DNA of 64,000 nucleotides, taken from the NCBI RefSeq assembly GCF_009914755.1, contig NC_060934.1. The stretch is one strand, 5' to 3'. Positions 1-11,985 of this stretch are shown here, one piece after another (position 1 is the first letter of the stretch; the number at the start of each line of letters is the position of its first letter). The stretch comes from the human T2T-CHM13v2.0 reference genome, Homo sapiens. The translations under genes and the position numbers were made by a program. The notes beneath the pieces are model-generated. The model ran no database searches and had not been told where the DNA came from. It saw only the letters and a program-made list of their open reading frames with translations.

Positions 1-1000
<1,000 letters not shown>

Positions 1001-1006
1001 TTGTTT

Positions 1007-1008
<2 letters not shown>

Positions 1009-1037
<29 letters not shown>

Positions 1038-1040
1038 ATG

Positions 1041-1057
<17 letters not shown>
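1009..1057. repeat. (TG)n/(TA)n compound microsatellite next to an Alu tail
   Basis: Directly visible. Confidence 0.95.
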
Positions 1058-1074
<17 letters not shown>

Positions 1075-1161
1075 TTTGAGACAGAGTCTCACTCTGTCGT
1101 CCAGGCTGGAGTGCAGTGGCACGATCTCGGCTCACTGCAAGTTCCGCCTCCCCAGTTCACG
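1058..1161 (-). mobile_element. Truncated Alu (3' part of right arm only)
   Basis: poly-T + gagacagagtctcactctgtcgtccaggctggagtgcagtggc...ctgcaagttccgcctccc, ends abruptly. Confidence 0.93.
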
Positions 1162-2029
1162 AGAAGCAAAATGTTGTTTGGGCAGCTCCCTAACTCAACA
1201 AAGGTTAAGGAACAGGGTTTTGCAAGGGCTAGTGGGTTGGACCCAGGAGAGAGGAAGGTGGTAAAATTAGATGTCTCTTTTTGTAAGGCTTTGTTCAGCT
1301 TGAGGTCTGAGATCAGAGGTCAAGGATGGGGCTGGAGGGATAGGTGCTTCACTAAGGTAGGCATGCTCTCTTGAGACCTAATGGCTTTAAGAGCAGACTC
1401 CCTGACCTTAGTGCCTTCCTCCTTGGTGCTCCAGGTATCCTGTGGTATAGAGACAGAAGTTCTGACCCATCCCTTCCCACTCTCATTTTCATACAGCACC
1501 ATTCATAGGCCCTTCTTCCCATCCCTTTCTTTTTCTTCTCTGGTTCTCTGGCCCATTTTCATTCCTTCCCTCCTCAAGTGCCCCCCTCTTTTCCACTCTC
1601 CATTCCCTGTCCTCTGCCCTACCAGCCACCCCAGTTAAGTGTCCAAGAGAAGGACAGCTTTTATATGGCTTGTAAAATTCTATTATATCTGTATTCAAAA
1701 CCTAGCAGCTGAGAAACATTGGTAATAAGCGTGTTATTAAGCGTGTAAATACACTTCCACTCCAGGGCCTCCAAGGGGTGGGGGCAAGATTCTCAGCCGG
1801 GGTGTCTCCCCTGCATGAAGTCCCTTCCCACCTGGCCTCCACCCTAGATGAGGACCTTGAGCTTAGGCCCAGCCTCCTCCAGTCTCCGACCACCACTGTC
1901 CTGCAAAACCTAGACTCTTGGAGAAAGGGGGCGGGGGAGAGGGCCGAAGAAAAAAAACATTAGGAAAAAAACTCCCACCCAGAGAGCATTCTTTCTGCAG
2001 CACTCAGGAAAAAGGATGTCTCACAGGGG

Positions 2030-2230
2030 ACGGGAAGGCGAAATTTTTTCACATCCAAATGGATTGCAATTTCCCTCCATTTAGCACCTGAAGGTAATTA
2101 GCTCGAAGAGACTGCCGAGTGCGAAACACGTTCACGGAACATTAACTCTCACACATTCTCCAGTTGCAGGGAATTAATAGGAAAGATTAAAGTTTAAAGA
2201 GAGCAAAATGCCATTACCTCGCCAGCCACC
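2030..2230. promoter_or_regulatory. CNE-like putative enhancer block
   Basis: Unique AT-rich sequence with TAATTA, ATTAAT, GATTAA and retained CpGs; conservation inferred. Confidence 0.5.
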
Positions 2231-2846
2231 TCTCTCCGCGGCAGTATCCAGCCCCTGAAAACCTTCAGCCACTGCTTGGGCCCGGGGATCAGGTCTTAGC
2301 CTCCAGCCTCGCTGGCCAGGGCACCTGGGTGTGCCCCATCAATAGTGCTAACATGTGCTCAGGGGCATGCATATGTGCAAAACAGGGCAGCTCTGACCCT
2401 TCACGAGGCCAGTGCAGCCAACCCCCTCTCATTACCATGAAGTTTCAGGTGGACAAGGACAGGTGTACCTTCATACAGGCTGACTCCTGGTGTTGGTGTG
2501 TGCCGAGGCCTGGGTGGGGGAAGGGCTGTATTAGGAAGGTTCATTAACAAGGGTATGCCCTGTGATTTGGGGGTAGAGGGTGAGATCGGCCAGCCTGGCC
2601 AGCAGTAGAGAGCTGGAAGGTGGCACTCCATTCTTGAGTGTGAATAGAAGCACTTGGGTGAGGTGGTGAGGAAAGCTGCCTCCTTGCCTCCACTCTTATG
2701 CGACAGGCAGGACCCATGAAAATGTGTGCACACACGCAGCCTCCCACTGTCACATACAGATGGCCTTTGCCACTATGATTTTCTCAAAGTTTATGTAGAC
2801 TTCAAATTCAAAAGGTTTCTGTGTTGCTTCAGTATTTTAGGAAAAG

Positions 2847-2886
<40 letters not shown>

Positions 2887-2941
2887 GTGGGGGGAGAGTA
2901 TGAGGGAGAGAGAGGGGCAGAGGCAGGCAGGAGAGAGAGAG
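2847..2941. repeat. (GA)n purine-rich tract
   Basis: Directly visible. Confidence 0.9.
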
Positions 2942-2945
2942 CTCG

Positions 2946-3385
2946 AGATGAAATTGAGACATGGAAGAATTTATTGCCCAGAAAATTCCATTCTGCTATC
3001 TGATTCAAAAAGTCCAGTCCCCCCAGCTTCGGAAAATCTATTTTCCACATTTTAATACCCTGCAGAACAGTCCTCATAACTCATCCGAGTGTGTTAAGCA
3101 CAGTTTTATTAGATCTGAAACAAATTTTGGTGGGGAGATACTATAGGTCATTAACCATGGAGTAATTTTATCCTTGTTTCCCTAATGATGCCATAATGGC
3201 GAGCGAATTTCTTAACTAAAGACCAAAGAACATTTTGAAGGTCAGTTTCATCTGTGAGCTCCTTCAAGCGCTTCTCAGAGAAGATTGGAAAACTCGCCGA
3301 TTTTTTGAAGAGTCATTAATAATGTGAAAGCTGAAAGCACCCTCCATTTGCGTTCCTGCTTTTTACCTTTTAATTTTATATCGTC
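2946..3385. promoter_or_regulatory. Long CNE-like putative enhancer
   Basis: ~440 bp unique AT-rich block with TTTTATTAG, CATTAA, TAATG, GTCATTAATAAT and retained CpGs, sharply bounded by GC-rich/low-complexity DNA. Confidence 0.65.
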
Positions 3386-3969
3386 CCTGCTCAGAGCCCC
3401 GCTCCCACTCCTTCACCCTCCTCTGGACCTCCCACCCATCTACCCACCCCACGCAGGGAACAAGACTGCCCAGTACCAGGTACCAGGCTGGCTGTGAGGG
3501 GGCAGACGGGGCTGCAGTAGGGAGGAGGGAGAGCTGAAGAAGCCAGAGACACCCCTCTGGCCAGGGCACCCCACTGAGATGGGGGGCCTTTGTGATATGT
3601 TTTCAGAGTGTGTGCACTGTGTGAGGGTATTGTTATAGGCATGGTGGGTGTCTGGTGTGTCTGTGTGTGTGTGTGCGTGTGAATGTGTGTTGTAGGGGAC
3701 TGAGGTCTCTGGATTGCCTGCTGGCTGTGCACGCACATGTTGGGGACTTAGTAGACTCTGGAAGTAGGTGCCCCCTATTGGAAGTAGGCTGGAAAAGGGG
3801 ACTGAAAACCAACCCTGGGTCCAGTGGTCAGGGCTGGTTTTCAATTCCCTTTTCCAGCCTACTCAGAAGGGCAGTAGGTCAGTTGGGGGACTTTTGGTCT
3901 GTCGGCATTGGCAACAGAGATAGGCACCCATGTGGAATGCTTGGGAATGTTTATAGCATGCCATGGGCC

Positions 3970-3971
<2 letters not shown>

Positions 3972-4013
<42 letters not shown>

Positions 4014-4028
4014 CGTGTGTATGTGTGT
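3972..4028. repeat. (TG)n/(CG)n alternating tract
   Basis: Directly visible. Confidence 0.93.
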
Positions 4029-4419
4029 TTACATGCGCATGTCCTGAGAGTGGCGAGGTCATCAAGGCAAAAGCCCCAAGGCCCCTCCCCACTAGTAAAT
4101 CTCTAGACACTAGAGATGGTGACCATTATCCTGTCCTACCCCTCACTCCTTGGACCACTCACCCCCTTGTTCCTCAGGCCTGGAGCCCCTTGTTTTTACC
4201 CACATCACTCACCTCCTGATCTCAACCCCTGACTCCTTAGATCCCCCAGTTCCATCCCAACCACCCACCCTGGAGCCCCTGGGCCTCCATCTCCAAACCC
4301 ATATGATGGCTCCCATTACAGGGTGCCCAGCCAGGAGCTGTGATGGGGCAGCACTTCTGCGTGTGTGTGGGTTTGGGGAGGAGGGGGCGGTGTGGTGACA
4401 CTCTGTGCTCCCAGATGTG

Positions 4420-4665
4420 GTGGCAGCGATAATTCCAATTTTATGCCTTTGTTATGGCTTTAATCACTTTCTTTATGCGTTTTGTTCCAGCGATCAGGGA
4501 GAGACACCTGATAGGCAAAGAGGATACCAGGGGAACCATTTTTATTTGGAATGTGGTGAGAAGTCTAATTAGAATCTGAATTCTGCTGAGCCTTGAAATG
4601 GCCAGCACTTTATCCTGATCGCCTTAGATATTGTTTCGAGTCAATCATCTGTCATGGTGCGGCAG
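4420..4665. promoter_or_regulatory. CNE-like block with PBX + MEIS motifs
   Basis: TTTATG, TAATCA, TAATTA; gtcaatca (4640-4647) next to ctgtca (4649-4654). Confidence 0.55.
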
Positions 4666-5531
4666 GAGAGCCTCTGCCTTCACACCACGTTCCCTCCCGC
4701 TGCAGGCCCCGCTGGGGCACCCTGGGGGGAGGAGAGCTCAGCCCCCACCCTCATAGGGGTGCCCCTCTTCCAGGGGCCCCTGTTTTGTATGGCTTCTCTC
4801 CCCTGGTGAGTTCTGTCTTTACTGGGATGCTGAATTAGAGCTCATAGAGGGTGGGGGTGCTGCAAGAAAGGGGTGCTGAAGGGCCTGAATTAGAATTAGG
4901 AAATATTGGGGTGGGGCCAAGCTAGTCTGAGGTACCTCCTAAGTGCTCTCAGCACATCAACCACCCCTAGCCTGTCCATCAGTGGCCTTCAGTTTCTCTC
5001 TCATCTCTTCACTGTCCCCTGAATATATTGTATCTCTCCCACCTGCTTACCCTACCCCAAACTCACCAATCCCATTGCCAGCCCCTCCCTGACCTGGCAC
5101 TGGCTATGCGTTCAGCTTCCATTCATTTCTCTGACTTGGCTCACTCTGGTCCTGCCGCTGGAATGCTGCTCCTGTTGGTTTTTTCCTGTTTAGGACTTCT
5201 GCCATCTGTTAAGTCCCCAGACTGGTTCCACCTCCTCCAGAAAGCCTTCCCTAGCTACCTGAACCCACGGTGCATGAGCTCTCTGAGAGGTGGGCCAGTA
5301 ACAGCACGGGCGCAGCCTGCAGGGGCCACACTAACTGGACACACTCTCTCCCACCAGATCTCTAGTCCATTTATCTCCCTCCTGCCTTTAAATGGTTTCC
5401 AAATGTCCTCTCTCTTCTTCTTTCACTGTTTGAGTGATGTGTGTATATGTGTGTACATGCGTGTGTGCATTTCCTAATCCCCTCAAGCTCCTTTGAATAT
5501 GGCAAAATGTAAAGTGGAAATAAATATTACT

Positions 5532-5831
<300 letters not shown>

Positions 5832-7179
5832 TAATGATAATTTCAACTCTCTAGCTGAACTATGAGTTTCTCAAAGGCTGGCCATTTCCTCCCTGTCTCT
5901 TGCCCTTCCATAGCCTAACTGTGAGCACAGAGGATCAGGCACAGAGCAGGGACCTGCATCATCACCTCCAGAAGGTCCCTGATCACTAAGGCTCTCCGCT
6001 TCCTCTCATCCCCCACCTCCCACCTTCTACCATACATCTTTTCCATGTGGTAGATACAGGCATTGTGGGAGACTGTCAGTATTCGAAGCGAGTGCTGTTT
6101 CTGGCAGGAGGAAGGGGACATGTTCTATGAACAGTGTCTCCATAGGAGATAGCCTAGACGGTTGGTGTCTCCTTGGAGGAGATCAAAGAGGTCAAGGATC
6201 CCCATAGGGTCAATGTCATGGGTCCTTTTTAGATAGTTGGAGTATTCAATGTCAGCTGGCTGGTCAGTGTACCCCATGTAGCAGAGTGTCCTCACTGATG
6301 GTCAGTGTCACCAGGAGCCTCATGAAGGGTCACTGCCCTCTAGAGATTGTCAGTGTAGTAGGCATGCCTTATGGATAGTCCAAGGGTCAGTGTGGCCAGA
6401 CCTCCCTAAGGAAAGATATTCACAGACTCAAAGGGTTCCCAGAAGACCCTTCGGAACTTCCTTACCTCCCCATCCCCACCTGGACTCCTCTTCAAATGAA
6501 ATCCCGACTTGTTTGTTCCTGGTTAGTCTCATTCCTGACTTGCTCCTTGGCTCTCCCTAGTCCCTGAGCTCTGGGAAGGGAGTGGAGATGGCACCAGCAA
6601 GGTCTAACAAATCATGGGGTTCATGGTCACGACCTGGGGGTGGTTCTCTAGGGTGCGCCACCAGGACCCTAGTCCTTCCTCCCTCCCAGCAGCCCTCATC
6701 CAGAAGACATGGCTATATTGGTGGTACCACATCGATGGATTGAGAGCTGCAGGGAGGTGGTGGAAAGGGTCTAGAATTGGGGTCATTATTTACAAGGGAA
6801 GGCAGGACAGTGGCTGGAGAGACTTAGGAGCAAACTTCCTAGTGGGAAATTGCAATCTACTGTTAACATCTAGGGAAAAATCAATATATCAGATGATGTG
6901 TGTATGCGCCCATGTGATGGAGGGTCAGTAGGTGAGGGGCTCAGGCCCCTGTAGGGAAGAAGGGGTGGAGTGTGAGGGCGGCTCATTCTCTGGCTGCTGT
7001 TTCCCCATCTACACAAGCTGGGGGAGATCAGGCTCTGGGTCCAGGGAGCACATGTGCTGGGTAGGGGTCCCAGTGGGTGGGAGGACAGAGATGCCAAAGC
7101 TGGTGAAGTCCTGGCCTCTTCCCATCTCAGACACCCTCAAGGCACTGTCCTCTCTCTATATCCTGAACTTGGCTGCAGC

Positions 7180-7370
7180 AGGGGTAGATGAAAAGGAGGA
7201 GAAACTGTTGGATAAAAAGAAATTAAAAAAAAAAAAAGTAAGTGAAATATTCAAACTGGAAAGTGATATTATAGAAACTGCAGCCCACGGCTCAGTGCAT
7301 TCAAATTTATTCAAACTCGGTGCCTGACAGTGATGGATGCGGCAGCTTTTCCCACAATATGGAGAAGGCG
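7180..7370. promoter_or_regulatory. CNE-like block with abutting MEIS and PBX-HOX sites
   Basis: TGACAG (7325-7330) immediately followed by TGATGGAT (7331-7338) in unique AT-rich DNA. Confidence 0.6.
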
Positions 7371-8269
7371 CGGGGGCATTTAGGACTGCGGGTCCCCTCC
7401 GGGAGGGTGGGGGCCCACACCACCTCCCGTGCCTAGCTCCTCCTAAATGGGAAGCAAGGTTCTGGGACCTGTCTCCTCTGCTCCCCTGCTTCCCAGCCAC
7501 ATCCTCTATCCCAGGGTCCTGGGATCCTGTGGGCCTCGGCACCACCAGCCCAAGTGCTTGGAGTATGACCAAGGACACTAGGGAAAAGGATGGCCAAGCA
7601 TGTCCAGGGGACGACTGGACACGGGTGTAGACTGCATCAGAGAAGGGTGTGGTTGCATGGTCTGCAGCCAAATAAATAGGATGAACTCGACAAGCCCCCA
7701 GATGTGCTGAGATCTCAGGGTCTTGGTGATCCCAAGACAGAGAGCAGTTCATCTCATTGATCTCCACTTTCCTGTCCAGGCCAGCTTGGCAGCCACTCCA
7801 TCTAAGAGAGGGACAGAAGGGCCTCTGGGGAAACGGCAAGCCTGGGGCCTGGTCTGAGCAGTGGGCAGGCAATGGAGTGTCTATGAATGTTATGCCCTGG
7901 GGTGTCTCCTGCTCTCAGGAACTCCACCCATAGTTCCCTGCACAAGGTTGCCCTGGCCTCCTGTCCAGCCTCCTGACCAACAGTCCCTACATCTGATTCT
8001 CAGGCCCCATCCCGTGGGAACCCTTGGGAATACCGTCACCCCCTAAAGCTCACTCCTCCCTTGGCTGCCTCGCCCTTCGCTCCCGCCCACTCCTCTCTCA
8101 GCTCTAACACTCCTTCTCTGTCTCTTTTGCTTCCCACACACACCCCCAGGTATGGATAGAGTGCAAAGCTTCAGCTTCAGCTTCAGCTCTCTGCTGTCCC
8201 CTCCCTGCAGACTCTCAGGAGATCTCATACTCCAGCCCCTTCAGCAGGTGATGGAAACATCTACCTCTA

Positions 8270-9390
8270 CTTCCAAGCTTTTCTTGAGCTCTAAGCCCAC
8301 AATTCAGGCAGTACAAGGCTAACTGTGGGAAAGCGAGCTCATAAGTCTCTCCTAAAACCAGCAACAACTTGTGACTCCCCTATTTTGTTAATAGCCCTAT
8401 CACTCACTATTGACCCTCACAGAACTCTTGGAGCCTCTGTCTCCTTCCTGGTCCTCATCCCTACCTTCCATCAATTAACAAATTTCAGAGATACTTCCTG
8501 ATGCCTTTTGCACCCACCTTTGCCTCACCGTCACCACCACCCCCATGAAGGTCCTTATTATGGCTCTTCTAGGTCACTTCATTTCAACCAACAAACTGTT
8601 TTTGAGTGCGTACCGCATCAGGTACCAGGTCAGGCATCCTCCTCTGCCTTTCAGTTTTACTGTCTCTAATTGTTCTACACACTGCTGCCAGAATAACTCT
8701 CCTAAAGCACAGCTCTGATCATGTCACTCCCTTGCTCAAACACCCTCAAAGGCTCCCCGTTGCCTGCTATAGAAAGTGCAGACTCCTTACTCTGATATTC
8801 AGGGCCCTTTGTTATCTGGCTCCTGCCCACCCCTCTCTCCAAACCTTCCCATTACTCTCCTCCATGCTTATATTTGCCAGCCAAATTGGACTCAGAGTGG
8901 TTCCCCTGAACATTCCTCACACAGCGACTTCCCACTTACGAGCATTCACTCATGTCCTTCCTCTGCCTGTGACAATCTCCTTCTGGAATGGCATCACCTT
9001 CCAACACCCCAACTCCTCTCTGCCCATCAATATTTTAATCCTCTGCAAGTCCTGATTCAAGCAAAGCCATCTTCTGAACATTACCTATAAATGTGTGCAA
9101 GGTGTCTGCTGGCTACTATAATTATTATTGCTATGATTATTCTCCCCCCTCAGCAGTGGTTTCTCTTTTCTGGGAACCTTATAGGCCCTCTCCACAGCTT
9201 TCCTGGCTGCTGACATGGCTTTCCTAATACTGATATTGCTTGTATACCTGACCTACATCTGTCCTGGACTATAAACTTCTTGAGAGCCAGGACCAATAAT
9301 ATTCATTTGTGTCCCCCTCAGCCCCTAGCCCAGGAACCTCAGTAAACACCTGTTGAACAAGTGAATAAAGGAGTGAGTGAATGAACGAAT
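8270..9390 (+). mobile_element. L2 LINE fragments including 3' end
   Basis: ctctgatcatgtcactcccttgctcaaa...ggctcccc and terminal ctcagtaaacacctgttgaa...gaatgaa. Confidence 0.75.
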
Positions 9391-10077
9391 ACAGCTAAAC
9401 TCACTAGGACATGGCTATGTGACACAGACTTGGCTCTTCTGAGCTTCCTGTTCTGGACGGTGACCACCTAAGAGTTCCCTGTCATTACTCCCGGCTCTCC
9501 TGACATGTGTCCAGGTGAGCTGGGACGTAAGTGTGCAGGCTGTATGACAGGTGTGTCATCCCTCCAGAGTGAGAGGGGAGTGTGGCAGAGTTCAGCCTTC
9601 CCAACTCATCAATCAAAGGGCACTTACTGACAGCTCCTGAGAGCCAGCTCTGGGCTCTGCTGCTAGGGAGGGATGAGCGGGAGATGAGAGCTGCCCTCTG
9701 GGGGTTCCCCGTCTTGCTGATCCTTGCAGATTGGGCCTGCTTCTCCTGTGACTCTCAGACCAGGGGAACTCAAAGGACTGTCATGGTCACTGATGGGCAG
9801 GTGGATGGACTGGGCTGGCCCTTTCCTCCCAGCTGCCCTGCAATGCTACTTAATCCAGAAGTGGCTTTTTCACCCTTTTGGTCTAGATTGACTACCCCGT
9901 CCAGACTTGGGGTACCCTGTTGCCTCCTGCAGAATTCTCTGTTACACAGCCCAGAACCACACAGCTGAAAGTCACTGAATGGATGGGTGGATGGAAGCCG
10001 TGGCTAGCTGACTGAAGCAGCTGAGCAAACATCTGGAGGAACCAAGTGCTAACTGAGTGCATGGGCACAAAGAACAC

Positions 10078-10290
10078 TAGTTAGCATTTATTGAGCACCT
10101 ACTACATACCAGGCACTGTGCTAAATCCTTTACCGGATGCACTCATTTACTCTTCCCTTCACTCTTATGAGTAGGAACGATCATGATCCCATTGAGGAAG
10201 AGGAAACCGAGGCTCGGGGAGGTGAAGTAACTTGTGTGAGCTCACCCCGCTTATCAGTGGCAGAACCTTGGTTCCTAACCTAGGCAAAAT
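10078..10290 (-). mobile_element. MIR SINE
   Basis: catttattgagcacctact...ccaggcactgtgctaa...gaggaaaccgaggctc...aagtaacttg. Confidence 0.85.
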
Positions 10291-10489
10291 CTCGGCAGGG
10301 TCTTGCCTAAGCTCTGTCCTGTCCTTCAGTGACCTCTTGCCCAGCCCGTGTGCTGATGAGGTACCTCCAGGCTCAAGGTCTTTACTCCTCTTTTTTCGGT
10401 CTCCTTGGCAAAGTTCAGAAGAGGCCGGGCAGGAGCCTTTGTTTCCCCAGAAAGGGACTTCCCAGCCCCTTTAGCCCCTGTCCCTTTGA

Positions 10490-11060
10490 GGAGGGGGCGG
10501 CGCTCCCCGGGCCTCTGCTGAGGGGTCCCTGCGCTGGGGGCGCCCTCGGCTCTGGGGGGGCCCCCGCCCCCGCCCCCGCCCAGCCCCTCCCTGGCGGCCA
10601 GATACCAACAAGCACGCTAAACTCCGGGAGATTTACAGCGGGCGGCGGGGCGGCGGGGCGGCCGCCGGTGAGATATCTCCAAACAGCGCACTAACCACTT
10701 TCCATTTTATACCTCACCAGCTTTATAGCATCTTAAGGATTTCTGTGCACGGCTGGCTTCCCGCCCAGGGAAAAAAACCCAGCCTTGTAAATAAATACTA
10801 AATATATATGAACAGAGACGACAGCGAGCAACGCGGAGGAGGGGAAGGGGGTGGGGGGCTGCGGGTGGGGGGGCGCGAGGGTGTGGGTAGCAGCCGGGGG
10901 CCGGCGACCGATGGGGAGCTGGGGGAGGCGGGGATATATTGGGGTGTCCGAGACAAAGGCGACAGTGAGAAAGCAGTTGACAGGCAGAGTGAGGGAAACT
11001 GAGCCGGCAACAGAGGTGGAGGCAGAGAGAAACAGAGATGGAGGCTGAGCGGAAGTGCTC
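10490..11060. promoter_or_regulatory. CpG island with an AT-rich CNE-like core (10600-10830); possible enhancer or lncRNA promoter
   Basis: Dense CpG, GC boxes (GGGCGG/CCGCCC), forkhead-type GTAAATA at 10787, G-runs at 10836-10930. Confidence 0.75.
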
Positions 11061-11232
11061 CACAGACAGCCAGTCCGTCTGTGTGTGTGTGTGCGTGTGT
11101 GTGTGTTCGTGCTTGTTTGTGTGTGCAGGGAGTCCTGCTTATTAAAGCTTAAAGAGAAGCCTCCCCAACCCTCCCACCCATCCGTCTCACAGTTCTGAGG
11201 GGATTGGGACTCAGGGATGGGCTACCCACCCC

Positions 11233-11236
<4 letters not shown>

Positions 11237-11270
<34 letters not shown>
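11237..11270. repeat. (TG)17 microsatellite
   Basis: Directly visible. Confidence 0.97.
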
Positions 11271-11275
<5 letters not shown>

Positions 11276-11867
11276 GGGGTTTGGGGATACTTGGTGTGGG
11301 TGGGACTGTGCCAGGGTGGCATTGGGGTGTTGGTGGGCAAGTGGGCCGAATGTCTGTGGTGTGTGCAGGGTGGGTCTGGGTTAGGATACATTGGAGGTGT
11401 GAGGAGGCAGGTGAGTTCTGGGAGTGTGTGCAGCTTTGAGATTGATCGTGGAGGGCTGAGCGAGGCATAGGTGTTCAGGTGCCTTTGAGTGTCGTGGGGT
11501 GGGTAGGGGCCTGGGGAGAGATGAGTCAAGAGGGTCTTCTCTCAAGATGGGCCTTGGAAGGACTATGTGTTGGGCCTGAAAGCAAGTGTCCCTTTGTGTG
11601 CTGGGAGTGTCAGGGTTAGGTTTTGAGGTGATGCCAGGTGGTCTCACCTCCTCTTCCTCATCCTCCCTCCTTGAGTCTTTCCAGAGGTTCTGGAATTTTG
11701 TCTGCAATGGCCCTGCAGGGAGGGTCCTGGTGCTGACTGAGCCCCAGCACTAGCCCTGCCCCAGCTCTAAGGTCTCTGGACAGGAGCCAGAGTTGAATTA
11801 GGGGGCAGGAGAGACCATCCTTTCCCCTCTCAGGGGGCCCAGCGATCCCTTCTCATTCCCCCCTTGT

Positions 11868-11985
11868 CTTCGATATTAAGTATTCAAACCTCATTTACAT
11901 CCTTATTTTTCAATTTGCTGCCACAGTAGTTTAATTTATTCGATATAATTTCTTTTTCTGAGGGGACATTAATCATTGCCCTGTG
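11868..11985. promoter_or_regulatory. Short CNE-like block
   Basis: Abrupt AT-rich island (TTTAATTTATT, ATTAATCA) in GC-rich DNA. Confidence 0.5.

Noticed and set aside
7156-7872. 238-aa minus-strand ORF
   Set aside because: No domain similarity; runs through a T-run giving poly-Phe; overlap better explained as a regulatory block.
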